Shown: positions 31,797-42,222, counted from the stretch's first letter. The stretch is 64,000 nucleotides of DNA from an uncultured delta proteobacterium (GCA_963704165.1 CAVPHD010000001.1:384001-448000); one strand, 5' to 3'. Notes: a model not told the origin generated them from the sequence alone. Translations and numbers: made by a program.

Positions 31797-32374
31797 GAGT
31801 GGCCGTGCTGGCGCTGCAAGGCGACTTCGAGGCGCACGCGCGCGCGCTTCGGTGCATCGGCGCCGAGCCCGAGCTCGCGCGCGCGCCAGCGGACCTCGCG
31901 GCAACCGACGCGCTCGTGCTTCCCGGCGGTGAATCCACCGCGATGCTTCGCGGGCTCGAGCGAGGCGGGCTCGAGCCCGCGATCCAACGGTTTCTCGCGT
32001 CGGGACGACCCGTGCTCGGCACCTGTGCGGGCGCGGTCCTGCTCGCGCGCAAGGTGCGCGGGACTGCACAGCCTTCGTTCGGCGCACTCGACATCGACAT
32101 CGAGCGCAACGCCTACGGAACGCAGCTCGACTCGTTCGTGTGCCGGGCCGAAACCGACGATTCCGGCTCGGTCTTCTCCGGTCTCGAATGCGTGTTGATT
32201 CGCGCACCGCGCATCGTTCGCGTCGGCGCAGACGTGACCGTGCACGTGCGGGTGAAGGGCGACCCCGCGCTCGTCTCGAGTGCCAACGTCTGGGTAACGA
32301 CGTTCCACCCCGAGCTGACGCGCGACACGCGCGTTCAGCTCGAGTGGCTCAGAAGCGCGGCCTTTCGAGGCTGA
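31793..32374 (+). CDS. pdxT: PLP synthase glutaminase subunit
   Basis: LALQGDF, PGGEST, GTCAG and FHPEL; GTGA overlap with pdxS. Confidence 0.96.
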   Translation: MRVAVLALQGDFEAHARALRCIGAEPELARAPADLAATDALVLPGGESTAMLRGLERGGLEPAIQRFLASGRPVLGTCAGAVLLARKVRGTAQPSFGALDIDIERNAYGTQLDSFVCRAETDDSGSVFSGLECVLIRAPRIVRVGADVTVHVRVKGDPALVSSANVWVTTFHPELTRDTRVQLEWLRSAAFRG

Positions 32375-33992
32375 CGTCGGCTGCGGACCACGCGCTGGCG
32401 AAGCGCCCCCGGACCTCGCCGTCGAGCTTGCCCTGCGCGTGCAGGCTCTCCGCGAGTCCGAAGAGCGACCAGCCGTTCTCGGGTTGAGCGACGAGATCCT
32501 CCCGGAAGGCGGCCTCGGCCTCGATCGGCTTGCCGAGCGCGAGCAACGCCGAGCCCTGAAGCTGGCGCACCGGGAGGTACCAGGCTGGCGGCTCGGTGTA
32601 GTTGAGTTCGTGCTCGAGACGCCTCGCCTTCTCGAGCCCTTCGAGCGCGTGCGCCGAGTCACCCTCGCGAAGTGAGATCTCGGCGGCGAGCACTTCGCTT
32701 GCGAGCGCGACCAGACTCGATGCCGCCGCCGCCGGAAGCTGTAGTGCCGCGAGCGCCGGCTCCGCGCCGATCTGGTTCTGAAGCGCGAGCTCCGCCTTCG
32801 CCTCGTCGAGCCGTCCGGTCGCGGCGAACGCCATGCCGCGCGCGTGATGCCACATGGCGGTCGCGTAGCGTTGGCTCTCGAGCGGCGCGGGCTCGTCGAT
32901 CATCTCGTCGAATTTCCCGAAGCGGACGAGCGCGTAATACGGGACGGGCACCTGCTCTTCCGCGGGGGGAAACGCCGTGACCGCTTCCTCGGACAGCTTC
33001 GAGCGCAGCTTCCTCGCGGTTGCGATCGCCGCTTCGCTCCGGCCTTCCATCGTCTCGGAGGCCCAGAGGAAGTGCAGATTGTGCGGATAGTACGCGAGCG
33101 AGTAGATGCCGCCGGATCGACACCACGACAGGTATTCCTCGTCGGCGCTCGCGCCGCGCTCGTTCGCGATCGAAGCCTGGCGATACAGACCCACGCGCAT
33201 GTACGTGTGCGCCGACATGTGGACGAGATGACCGGCCGATACCGCGAGTGTCTCGAGACGCTTCGCGCTCGGAAGCGCGCGGCCGGGGTCGTTCGAGGCC
33301 TCGACCGCATGGATGTAGAAGTGATTCGCGCCCGGATGGCTCGGGTCGCGGTGGAGCACCGACTCGAGCCGATTCACGATCTCGGCCGTCGTCTCCTTCG
33401 GTTCGCCGTCCTTGGTCCAGTAATCCCACGGCGAGAGATCCATGATCGCCTCGGCCGCGAGTGTCTGGGCGTCGAGATCGTCCGGAAATCGTCTCGCGAC
33501 CGCACGCATCGCGTCGGCGTACTCGCGATCGAGCGCCTCGCGATCGGCACCCGGCTCGGCCGAGTAGCGCTTCGCCAGCGCCGAGACATAGGCGAGCTCG
33601 CGCGGTGTACTCAGCAGAGCCCGCGCCTGCGCCTTCTCGAGCGCGGCGAGCGCGGGAGCGACGGCGCTCATCTCCATCGGAGCGTTGATGTTCGGACCGA
33701 GCGCCAGCGCCACGCCCCAGGAGCACATCGTGCAGCTGGGATCGATCTGGCCCGCCACTTCGAAGGCACGGATCGCTTCCGGATGGTTGAACCCGTACAT
33801 GAGCCGGAGACCCTGATCGAAATACTTCTGCGCGAGCGGCGATCTCGTGGTGATCGACATGGTGTGGGCGCCGAGCCCTTCGATCAGCGGCCGACCTCGC
33901 TCGACGGCTTCCGTGCTCTGCTCGTCCACGCAGGCACTGGCGGCCAGCAGCGTTCCCGCGACCCAGATCGACAAGGTATGCCGAATCCCCAT
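32349..33992 (-). CDS. TPR-repeat exported (lipo)protein
   Basis: Signal with ASAC; AQKYFDQGL, ALGPNIN, HPGANHFYIH and HLVHM; helical repeats. Confidence 0.8.
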   Translation of the reverse strand: MGIRHTLSIWVAGTLLAASACVDEQSTEAVERGRPLIEGLGAHTMSITTRSPLAQKYFDQGLRLMYGFNHPEAIRAFEVAGQIDPSCTMCSWGVALALGPNINAPMEMSAVAPALAALEKAQARALLSTPRELAYVSALAKRYSAEPGADREALDREYADAMRAVARRFPDDLDAQTLAAEAIMDLSPWDYWTKDGEPKETTAEIVNRLESVLHRDPSHPGANHFYIHAVEASNDPGRALPSAKRLETLAVSAGHLVHMSAHTYMRVGLYRQASIANERGASADEEYLSWCRSGGIYSLAYYPHNLHFLWASETMEGRSEAAIATARKLRSKLSEEAVTAFPPAEEQVPVPYYALVRFGKFDEMIDEPAPLESQRYATAMWHHARGMAFAATGRLDEAKAELALQNQIGAEPALAALQLPAAAASSLVALASEVLAAEISLREGDSAHALEGLEKARRLEHELNYTEPPAWYLPVRQLQGSALLALGKPIEAEAAFREDLVAQPENGWSLFGLAESLHAQGKLDGEVRGRFASAWSAADVSLERPRF

Positions 33993-34049
33993 TTCCGGCC
34001 TCACGGTTGTGCTCGATCGGTCGATCATCCTCCCCGCGAGCCGCGGGGT

Positions 34050-35135
34050 CTAGGCCCGAATCGAGGTCCAGGCCGCGCGGATCGCACGAACGTCGAGATC
34101 TTCTCGGATCTCCACCGCGCCGAGTCGGCTCGGCAGGACGAAACGGATCCGGGAGCCCGAGACCTTCTTGTCGAGCGCCATCGCCGCGAGCAGGCGATCG
34201 TCGTCGGGAAGCCGCGAGCGGACGGGCAGCCCGGCCAGAGCGACGATCGCTTCGAGCTCGGGACGCAGCTCCGGGACACAGAGGCCGGTCGAGGCGGCGA
34301 GCGTGGTCGCGGCGAGCATGCCGAGTGCAACGGCTTCGCCGTGCAGGATCTCACCGTACCCCGCCACCGTCTCGATCGCGTGCGCGAACGTGTGCCCGAA
34401 GTTCAGGTGCGCACGAACGCCGGTCTCCTTCTCGTCCTCCATCACGACGGCGGCCTTGATCGCCACGTTGCGCGCGACCAGCTCCGCGAGTGCATCGGCG
34501 TCGAGCGCGAGCAGGGACTTCATGTTCACCCGCGTCCAGTCGAAGAGCGCGGGATCGCGAATCACCGCGTGCTTGATGCACTCGGCCAGCCCGCAGCGCA
34601 GCTCGCGCGCGGGCAGCGTGCGCAGCGCGAGCGTGTCCGCGATCACCGCCACCGGCTGGTGGAACGCGCCGATCAGGTTCTTGCCTTGCGGAACGTTCAC
34701 GCCCACCTTCCCGCCGACGCTCGAGTCGACCATCGCGAGCAGGGTCGTCGGGCACTGGACGAACGGCACACCGCGCAGGTAGGTCGCCGCGACGAAGCCG
34801 ACCATGTCTCCGGTCACTCCGCCGCCGAGTGCCACGAGTGGTGCTCGCCGCTCGAACTTGCGCTCGAGCAGGACGTCGTAGAGCGCACGCACGCCGTCGA
34901 GATTCTTGCTCGCCTCTCCGCCTTCGAGCCCGTGACCGATCGCGGTGTAGCCCGCCGCCTCCAACGACGCGCGCGCAGGCGGAGCCAGCGTCAGGCGCAG
35001 AGCCGGATCCGAGAAGACGGCCGCCTGGGAGGCGGGTGCGATCTCGCGCACCGACGCGCCGAGGCGATCGAGCGCGTGCGGCTCGATCACGACGTCGTAA
35101 CTGTGGTGCGGGAAGACGACGGGCACGGATGGCAT
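34050..35135 (-). CDS. aroB: 3-dehydroquinate synthase
   Basis: GGGVTGD, PTTLLAMVDSSVGGK, KNLIGAF, LNFGHT and HGEAV. Confidence 0.97.
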   Translation of the reverse strand: MPSVPVVFPHHSYDVVIEPHALDRLGASVREIAPASQAAVFSDPALRLTLAPPARASLEAAGYTAIGHGLEGGEASKNLDGVRALYDVLLERKFERRAPLVALGGGVTGDMVGFVAATYLRGVPFVQCPTTLLAMVDSSVGGKVGVNVPQGKNLIGAFHQPVAVIADTLALRTLPARELRCGLAECIKHAVIRDPALFDWTRVNMKSLLALDADALAELVARNVAIKAAVVMEDEKETGVRAHLNFGHTFAHAIETVAGYGEILHGEAVALGMLAATTLAASTGLCVPELRPELEAIVALAGLPVRSRLPDDDRLLAAMALDKKVSGSRIRFVLPSRLGAVEIREDLDVRAIRAAWTSIRA

Positions 35136-35224
35136 TTGTCCGGACAGGTTATCGCGGGCGACCGTCCGCGACGAGCGGGCTAGCATCCCGGGCGCCTGGG
35201 AACCGGACGGGAGTCGGAAGCCAC

Positions 35225-36175
35225 GTGGTGATCGGAATCATCGCAGCCGGATGGATCGCACTGGGCTCGATCGTCGCCGACTTCGCGCTCGCGGAGCCGC
35301 CGGTCGATCGCGTGCAGCTGGCGCTCGAGAGCGTTCGCTTCATCGCCTATACACCGCGTGGTTTCGACCCGGAGGCCGGTGCGGGCCCTGTCAGTCCGCG
35401 GGCGATTCGCGCGGATCTCGAGCTGCTCCGCGGCCACTTCGACGGTCTGATCACGTACTCGTGTGCGAACGGGCTCGCCGCCGTGCCGTCGGTCGCCAGC
35501 GAGCTCGGCTTTCGTGCGGTCGTGCTCGGCGTCTGGGATCCGAAGAACGAGACCGAGCTCGCGATCGCGATCGAGACCGCGCGTGCGCAGCCCGACACGG
35601 TGCTCGCGATCTCGATTGGAAACGAAGGTCTGTTCTTCGGGCGCTACGACGCTGCCAGCCTCGCTCGCGCATTCGAGCGCGTGCGACGCGAGGTTCCGCA
35701 CGTCGCGGTCACCACCACCGAACCGTTCTCGCTCCATCTGGACGCGGAGCGCGCAAGGATGCTTCCGCGCCAGGACTTCCTCCTGCCGGTCGTGCACCCG
35801 CTCGATCAGCCGTGGTTCGGAGAAGCGCCGCCGGGTACCGCCGTGGACTTCGTGGTGAACGTCGTGCGCGCGCTCGAGCGAGAGCTCGGCCTGCCCGTGC
35901 TCGTGAAGGAGACGGGCCTGCCGAGCGGGCCGAGCGATCAAGGCCATAGCGAAGCCGGACAGGCCGAGTTCTGGTCGGCACTCGAAGCGAAGCTCCCGGC
36001 CACGCGCGCGCACGCGGTCGCGCGCTTCGAAGCCTTCGACGCCGACTGGAAGACGGCGTCCGTCGCCGCGCAGACCGGAGACGTGCGTCCGACCGAGGCG
36101 CACTGGGGATTCTTCCGCGCCGACGGCCGCGCGAAACCGGTGGTCGAGAACCTCTCGAGATCGGGCTCGCGATGA
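35225..36175 (+). CDS. Exported glycoside hydrolase family 17-like (beta-1,3-glucan active) protein; start uncertain
   Basis: IGNEG acid/base and KETGLPS nucleophile motifs; FEAFD..WK and EAHWGFF. Confidence 0.8.
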   Translation: MVIGIIAAGWIALGSIVADFALAEPPVDRVQLALESVRFIAYTPRGFDPEAGAGPVSPRAIRADLELLRGHFDGLITYSCANGLAAVPSVASELGFRAVVLGVWDPKNETELAIAIETARAQPDTVLAISIGNEGLFFGRYDAASLARAFERVRREVPHVAVTTTEPFSLHLDAERARMLPRQDFLLPVVHPLDQPWFGEAPPGTAVDFVVNVVRALERELGLPVLVKETGLPSGPSDQGHSEAGQAEFWSALEAKLPATRAHAVARFEAFDADWKTASVAAQTGDVRPTEAHWGFFRADGRAKPVVENLSRSGSR

Positions 36176-36193
36176 GGCTCTCGGATCCCGGAT

Positions 36194-37582
36194 TCAGCGC
36201 GCGAGCGCCTGCACCAATCGCCAGAGGAAGTGCTGCCCCTCGTAGAACTGCACGACACCGACGCGCTCGTCACGGCCGTGCGCGCGGACGTCGTCCACGT
36301 CCATGAAGATCCCGGAAATCCCGTAAGCGGGGATTCCCGCGAGCCGGAAGTACTTCGAATCCGTGGCACCCGCGCTCATCGTCGGGACGACCGGCACTCC
36401 GGGGAAGACCTCTGCGCTGACGCGATCGACGATCTCGAGGAAGGCGGGGTCGACTTCCGCTCTGGGTCCGGCGATCTCCCGCTCCGCGAGCGACACCTCG
36501 ATCCCGGAATCCGCGAGCACACCGACGAGCGTGCTCTGCACGCTCAGTGCCGTGTGTCCGGGAAGGATCCGGCAGTTGACGTTCGCGCTCGCGCGCTGCG
36601 GCAGCGCGTTGGGCGCATGCCCCGCCGAGAGCTGGGTCGCGATGCAGGTCGTGCGCAGCACCGCGTTGTAGACCGGTTGCGCGGCGAGGCGCGCGATCGC
36701 TTCGGGATCACCCGGCTGCTTCGCGGCCGCGCGCATGTCCTTCGCGATCTCCGGCGCTTCCACCTGCGCGGCTCGCTCGAAATAGGTGCGCGTCACTTCG
36801 TTCAGCTCGATCGGGAACTCGAAGGCCTCGAGCCGCGCGAGCCCGTTCACGAGCCGATAGATCGCGTTGTCCTTCACGGGCAGAGAGCTGTGCCCGCCCT
36901 TGTTCGTCACGACGAGCTCGAAGTCCATGTAGGTCTTCTCGGCCGCCTGAACGCCGTTCACCAGATACTTGCCGCCGCGCATGCGTCCGCCGCCACCCTC
37001 GTTGAGTACCAGCGCAGCGTCGACGCGCGCGCGGTGCTCGCGCAGCAGCCACTCGACTCCGTTCTCGTCGCCACCCTCTTCGTCGGCGGTGAGCGCGAGG
37101 ATCACGTCGCGGCGCAGCACCGTTCCCTCTCGCTTCATGCGGAGGAACGATTCGGTGAAGATCGCGGCCATCGCCTTGTCGTCGATCGCGCCGCGCGCGT
37201 AGAAGAATCCGTCTTTCTCGAGCAGCTTGAACGGCTCGACGCTCCAGTCCTCCCGCTTCGCCTCGACCACGTCGAGGTGCGCGAGCAGGAGCAGCGGCTT
37301 CTCGGCACCGTTCCCGCGCAGGCGCGCGACCAGGTTTCCCTTCTTCGGGGAAGGCCCGAGCACCACGACGTCGGCCTCCGGAATGCCCGCTGCGCGAAGC
37401 CGCACGGCCACGGCCTCGGCCGCGACCGTCGTGCTGCCGCTGGAGTGCGTGGTGTCGATCTCGAGCAGCTCCTGATAGATCTCGCGCACGAGCGCACGGC
37501 TCGCTTCGGGGATCGCCTCGTCGGCGAACGTCGCGGTGGGTGTCAGGGCGAGCCAGATGGACAGAAGGAGCCGATTTCTCAT
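36194..37582 (-). CDS. M20/M25/M40 metallopeptidase, exported
   Basis: LAHLDVV, RGAIDDK, ADEEGG, GATDS and AHGRDER; signal peptide. Confidence 0.93.
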   Translation of the reverse strand: MRNRLLLSIWLALTPTATFADEAIPEASRALVREIYQELLEIDTTHSSGSTTVAAEAVAVRLRAAGIPEADVVVLGPSPKKGNLVARLRGNGAEKPLLLLAHLDVVEAKREDWSVEPFKLLEKDGFFYARGAIDDKAMAAIFTESFLRMKREGTVLRRDVILALTADEEGGDENGVEWLLREHRARVDAALVLNEGGGGRMRGGKYLVNGVQAAEKTYMDFELVVTNKGGHSSLPVKDNAIYRLVNGLARLEAFEFPIELNEVTRTYFERAAQVEAPEIAKDMRAAAKQPGDPEAIARLAAQPVYNAVLRTTCIATQLSAGHAPNALPQRASANVNCRILPGHTALSVQSTLVGVLADSGIEVSLAEREIAGPRAEVDPAFLEIVDRVSAEVFPGVPVVPTMSAGATDSKYFRLAGIPAYGISGIFMDVDDVRAHGRDERVGVVQFYEGQHFLWRLVQALAR

Positions 37583-37607
37583 GCGGCTCAGTATAGTTCC
37601 GTGCATC

Positions 37608-38495
37608 GTGAAACTCGCTCGGCTCGGACGATCGGGGCGGAGAGGCGCCCTTTCAGCCTGGTTGGCCCTGACCCCGACCGTCGCGTGGGCCGATCCACCA
37701 CCGGAGTCGGCATCGCAGCCGTCGGAGCAGGAGCTCCTCGAGGCCCTCGATGCGGCCGACGACGTCGCCGCCTACCCCGATCCGCTCGAGCCCGCGAACC
37801 GCGCGACGCTCTGGTTCAACGAAGTCCTCGATCGCTTCGTGATCGCCCCGATCTCGCACGGATACGATGCCGTGATGCCGGATCCCGCCGAGCGAGCGGT
37901 GCTGCGCGTGTTTCGAAACCTGGCCGAGCCGATCTCGTTCGCCAACCACGTGCTCCAGTTGCATCCACGGCGTGCGGGTGAAACGCTCGCTCGATTCTGC
38001 ATGAACTCGGTCGTCGGTGTCGTCGGGCTCTTCGACGTCGCGACGAAGGTCGGGTTGCCGGAACAGCATGCCGACTTCGGCGGGACTCTACACCGTTATG
38101 GGACACCCAGTGGACCGTACCTGATCGTCCCGGTGCTCGGGCCTAGCACCGCGCGCGATGCGACGGGTGATCTCGTGGACTTCTTCCTCGGGCCTCACAG
38201 CTACGTGATCTCCGGAGCGGGCCAGGTCATGATCGGAACCGGAAATGGCATCGCTCTGAGGTCGGAGCAGGATGCAGCGCTCGAAGCCCTGCGCGAGCAG
38301 TCGGTCGATTTCTACGCCGCTCTTCGCACCGCGTTCTACTTGAGTCGGGAATCCGAGTTGGCCGGAGCGACGGCCGACGCGCCTTCGATCTTGAGTTCGA
38401 GTGCCGCGACGAGCGCGTCGAATCCCTCGCGGTCGAGCACCGACGTGTACTCGGCGCGTTTCATCGCGAGCTCCGAGACGGTTCCGCCGAGATAG
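37608..38495 (+). CDS. mlaA: MlaA/VacJ-family protein; start uncertain
   Basis: DPLEPANR, NLAEP, GLFDVA, DFGGTL and GPYLIVPVLGPSTARD. Confidence 0.9.
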   Translation: MKLARLGRSGRRGALSAWLALTPTVAWADPPPESASQPSEQELLEALDAADDVAAYPDPLEPANRATLWFNEVLDRFVIAPISHGYDAVMPDPAERAVLRVFRNLAEPISFANHVLQLHPRRAGETLARFCMNSVVGVVGLFDVATKVGLPEQHADFGGTLHRYGTPSGPYLIVPVLGPSTARDATGDLVDFFLGPHSYVISGAGQVMIGTGNGIALRSEQDAALEALREQSVDFYAALRTAFYLSRESELAGATADAPSILSSSAATSASNPSRSSTDVYSARFIASSETVPPR

Positions 38496-38980
38496 ACGTC
38501 GATCACCCGCCAACCATCGGGTGTGGAGCGCATTCGGTAGTCGAGCAGAACGTCCTCCTTCGGCGCGTGAAGGACGCTGCGCACGATCTCGGTGCCCGCG
38601 ATCGAGCTCTCGGCGCCCCGCGTCTCGAAGCGCTCCGACGTGTAGCCGCTGAAACGGGTCGCATAGGTTCGCAAGATCATCCCGCGGAAGACCTGCCGGA
38701 AGCGTTCACGCTGCGCTTCGTCGAGCTTGGTCCAGCCGGGACCCAGCGAGCGCTGACTCATGGTCGGGAAGTCGTAGGTCTCGTCCATGACGGGGGTGAG
38801 GCGTTCGAGACGGCCGTCGATCCCGAGCTCTTCCGCGTTCTTCATGATCTCGAGCAGGGTCGCGTGAAAGCGGTCGATCACTGCAACCGCCTCCGCGGAT
38901 CCGGCGCGCGCCGGCAGAGCCGTTGCGACGATCAGCGCGAAGATCGCGACGATGGCGAGGCGATGTGGAACCATGCGCAT
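38336..38980 (-). CDS. hpnM: MlaC/Ttg2D-family periplasmic lipid-binding protein (HpnM-like)
   Basis: YDFPTM and LDYRM..WRVIDVYLGGTVSELA motifs; adjacent to an HpnN-like gene. Confidence 0.8.
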   Translation of the reverse strand: MRMVPHRLAIVAIFALIVATALPARAGSAEAVAVIDRFHATLLEIMKNAEELGIDGRLERLTPVMDETYDFPTMSQRSLGPGWTKLDEAQRERFRQVFRGMILRTYATRFSGYTSERFETRGAESSIAGTEIVRSVLHAPKEDVLLDYRMRSTPDGWRVIDVYLGGTVSELAMKRAEYTSVLDREGFDALVAALELKIEGASAVAPANSDSRLK

Positions 38981-39011
38981 CTCAGGATAACGGATCAGGG
39001 GACGTTCGAGC

Positions 39012-41657
39012 GTGGACGAGTGGATCGGGAGCTGGCTCGCGGCCTGGGTGCGGATCGTGCGCCTGCGTCCCCGCCTCGTCCTCGTGAGCGCGCTCGTCGC
39101 GACCGTCGGGCTCGGCCTGTACGCCGCGACTCACCTCGCGATGAACATGGATACGAACTCGATCATGTCCCAGGAGCTGCCGGGCGAGCAGCGCTGGAAC
39201 GAGATCAACGCGGCCTTCCCCGAGACGACCGACCCGCTTCTCATCGTCGTCGATGCCGCCACGTCGGAGCGGGCGCGTGAGGGCGCGCTCGCGCTGCGCG
39301 ACCGGATGGCGCGCGAGACCTCGCTGTTTCGCGAGGTGGACGTCCCCGGCGAGGGTCCATTCTTCGAACAGAACGGCCTGCTCTACCTGTCGACCGAGGA
39401 GCTCGGCGAGCTCGCCGGTCACCTCGCGACCGTGCAGCCCTACCTCGCAGAGCTGCAACGCGATCCGAGCCTGCGCGGGCTCTTCGACCTCTTGAATCGC
39501 GCGGTCGATGCGCTGGGCCGCGGCGAGACGACCGTCTTCGAGCTCGGTCCCGTCTTCGACCGGCTTTCTCACAGCATCGATGCCGTGACCCGGGACGAGC
39601 GCCCGACGCCGGTCTCGTGGCGCGAGGTGCTGCTCGGCGACACCATCGCGGACCGAAAGCTGCGCCTGGTGGTCGCACAACCGATCGTGGACTACGGACG
39701 GCTCGTGCCCGCGCGCGAGGCGATCGATCACATCCACGCGCTCGCGCGCGAGGTCGGTCTCGGTCCGGGAACGGACGTTCGCGTGCGCGTCACCGGCGAC
39801 CTCGCGCTCTCGACCGACGAGCTCACGACGGTGATGCGAGGCGCGCTCGTTTCGGGTGTCCTCTCGTCCTTCGCGATCGCGGGAATCCTGTCTCTGGCGC
39901 TGCGCTCGGGAAAGCTCGTACTCGCGACGATGATCACGCTCGGGGCCGGGCTCGTCTGGACGTTCGCGTTCGCCGCCGCGGCGATCGGCACGCTGAACAT
40001 GGTGTCGGTCGCATTCGCGGTGCTCTTCGTCGGCCTCGGCACGGACTTCGGCGTGCATTTCTGTCTGCGCTGGCAGGATCTCCGCGCGCGAGGTCGAACC
40101 CGCGAAGCCGCGATGGAAGAGACCACGGCGGACGTCGGCCTCTCGCTCGTCGTCTGCAGCGCGACCACGGCCATCGGTTTCCTCGCCTTCTGGCCCACCG
40201 ACTACAACGCCGTCGCCGAGCTGGGGTTGATCTCGGCGGTCGGAATTCTCGTATCGCTCTTCGCGAACCTGACGCTGCTGCCGGCCTGCGTCGAACTCCT
40301 GGAGCCGGGCCTTCCGCGCGCGCGCGCACGGCTCCACGACCGTCCGTTCTTCGCTCGCCTGATCGATCTGCCCGTGCGCCGCGCCCGAGCGATCCGCATC
40401 GGAGCGGTGCTGGTCGCGCTGGTCTGCCTGCCGTCGCTCGGCAGTGTCCACTTCTCGTACAACCCGCTTCGGCTGCGCGTCCAGACGTCGGACAGCGTCG
40501 CGGCGTTCGACGACCTGATGGCGACGGAAGGCATGTCTCCCTGGAGCGTGACGGTGCTGGCGCGTGATCCGACCGAGGCCCGAGCGATCGCGGACGAGCT
40601 GGCCGCGCTCGATCTGGTCGCGGAGACGGTCACGCTCGCGAACTACGTTCCGAGCGATCAGCCCGAGAAGCTCGCGATCCTCGAGGACGTCGCGCTCCTC
40701 ATGGCGCCGCCGCCGTCGGGGTCCGAGGAGCTCCGGCCACCGAGCGACGACGACGACATCTCCGCGCTGCGCCGTTTCATCTCTGCCGCCCCGGCACCGC
40801 CCGGCTCCGAGGAATCGAAGACCACCGCAGCGCTCGCGCGTTTACGCAGATCCGTGTCGGAGTTCCTGGCCGCGATCGAGGGTGCCGATGCCGACACTCG
40901 CGCGCGCGCGATCGAGCGGCTCGAAGGGAACATCGTCGCGGGCCTGCCGGAACAGCTCGGCCGCGTGCACAAGTCGCTCGAGGCCGTGCCGGTGAGCGCG
41001 GCATCGCTGCCGGCCGAACTCCTGCGCGGACTCGTCGCCCCCGACGGACGCATCCGGGTGGAAGCCTATCCGCGCGAGGACATCGCCCAGGACGACGCGG
41101 CGCTGCGCCGTTTCGTCGACGAGACGCAGGATGCCGTTCCCCAGGCCGCGGGAATCGCAATCAATGCGGTCGAGTCGGCTCGCGCGGTCGTGCGCGCATT
41201 TCTACAGGCGCTCGCGCTTGCGGCCGTCGCGATCGCGCTCCTGCTCTTCACGCTCTGGCGACGCGTCTCGGACACGCTGATCGCGCTCGCACCGCTGGGT
41301 CTCGGCGCTGCGATCCTGTGCGCGCTCGGCGTCGCCCTCGACGAGCCGTTCAACTTCGCGAACGTGCTCGCTCTCCCCGCACTCCTGGGCATCGGAATCG
41401 ACAGCGGCATCCACCTGGTCCACCGCTGGCGGCATGCCGATCTGGCGTCCGGAGGGTTGCTCGAGACCAGCTCCGCGCGCGGCGTCGTGTACAGCGCGGT
41501 CACGACCGCCGCGAGCTTCGGCAGCCTCGCACTCTCACCTCACCCCGGAATGGCGAGCATCGGGTTCATGCTGACGCTCGGACTCGTGCTGATTCTGGTC
41601 ACGAACCTGTTGCTGATTCCGGCGCTCGTCGCGAGTCGGAGCGCGGCCAGGTCGTAG
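39012..41657 (+). CDS. hpnN: Hopanoid-associated MMPL/RND transporter (HpnN-like)
   Basis: FFEQNGLLYL, GLGTDFGVH, FNFANVLALP, GIGIDSGIH and HPGMASIG; 881 aa. Confidence 0.85.
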   Translation: MDEWIGSWLAAWVRIVRLRPRLVLVSALVATVGLGLYAATHLAMNMDTNSIMSQELPGEQRWNEINAAFPETTDPLLIVVDAATSERAREGALALRDRMARETSLFREVDVPGEGPFFEQNGLLYLSTEELGELAGHLATVQPYLAELQRDPSLRGLFDLLNRAVDALGRGETTVFELGPVFDRLSHSIDAVTRDERPTPVSWREVLLGDTIADRKLRLVVAQPIVDYGRLVPAREAIDHIHALAREVGLGPGTDVRVRVTGDLALSTDELTTVMRGALVSGVLSSFAIAGILSLALRSGKLVLATMITLGAGLVWTFAFAAAAIGTLNMVSVAFAVLFVGLGTDFGVHFCLRWQDLRARGRTREAAMEETTADVGLSLVVCSATTAIGFLAFWPTDYNAVAELGLISAVGILVSLFANLTLLPACVELLEPGLPRARARLHDRPFFARLIDLPVRRARAIRIGAVLVALVCLPSLGSVHFSYNPLRLRVQTSDSVAAFDDLMATEGMSPWSVTVLARDPTEARAIADELAALDLVAETVTLANYVPSDQPEKLAILEDVALLMAPPPSGSEELRPPSDDDDISALRRFISAAPAPPGSEESKTTAALARLRRSVSEFLAAIEGADADTRARAIERLEGNIVAGLPEQLGRVHKSLEAVPVSAASLPAELLRGLVAPDGRIRVEAYPREDIAQDDAALRRFVDETQDAVPQAAGIAINAVESARAVVRAFLQALALAAVAIALLLFTLWRRVSDTLIALAPLGLGAAILCALGVALDEPFNFANVLALPALLGIGIDSGIHLVHRWRHADLASGGLLETSSARGVVYSAVTTAASFGSLALSPHPGMASIGFMLTLGLVLILVTNLLLIPALVASRSAARS

Positions 41658-41697
41658 CTCAGAAGAACCGCCGCTGCTTCGCTCGAGACGCCAGCCA

Positions 41698-42066
41698 TCA
41701 CTCGACGATGTCGGACCTCGTGCTCTCGATGAAGCCGACGACGGCTTCGCGCTCGGGCTTGGGAACGTCGAAGGCGTCGAGCGTCGCACGGAGATGCCCG
41801 AGGAACGCGGTCCAGTCGCCCGCGTCGATCTGCATTCCCCGGTGCGCGGTCCGCATGTCCCTCCCGGTGTAGTAGAGCGGGCCACCGGCGTTCGAGCACA
41901 GGAAGTCGATCAGGAGCTGCCTCTCTCGCGCGACGCCATCTGCGCCGCGATGCTTCCAGAAGCGGCCGAGCCGCGAATCCGACTGCAGGCGGGGCAAGAG
42001 GTCGTTCGCGACCGCCGCCACGGCATCGTAACCACCGAGGCGCTCGTACAAGGTTCGCTCGCTCAT
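41698..42066 (-). CDS. Group I truncated hemoglobin
   Basis: TLYERLGG and GGPLYYTGRDMRTAH (proximal His); GGAG RBS. Confidence 0.92.
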   Translation of the reverse strand: MSERTLYERLGGYDAVAAVANDLLPRLQSDSRLGRFWKHRGADGVARERQLLIDFLCSNAGGPLYYTGRDMRTAHRGMQIDAGDWTAFLGHLRATLDAFDVPKPEREAVVGFIESTRSDIVE

Positions 42067-42222
42067 GGTGTTGACTCCGATCTGGGCCCGAATGGCCGGA
42101 CTCGTCGATTCTAGACCCTCGCCACCCAACTCGGTTGCGGACCAAATGCTCTGTTCAGATCCGTGCGCTTGCCTAGACTCGGCGAGACACGTCAGGCGCC
42201 GTGCGCAGGAGGCACCCATCGA

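Noticed and set aside
38336..38495. 160-nt tail-to-tail overlap of mlaA and hpnM as a dual-coding region
   Set aside because: The MlaA domain ends near 38345. The extra tail is Ser/Ala-rich antisense read-through expected at high GC, or the result of an indel.
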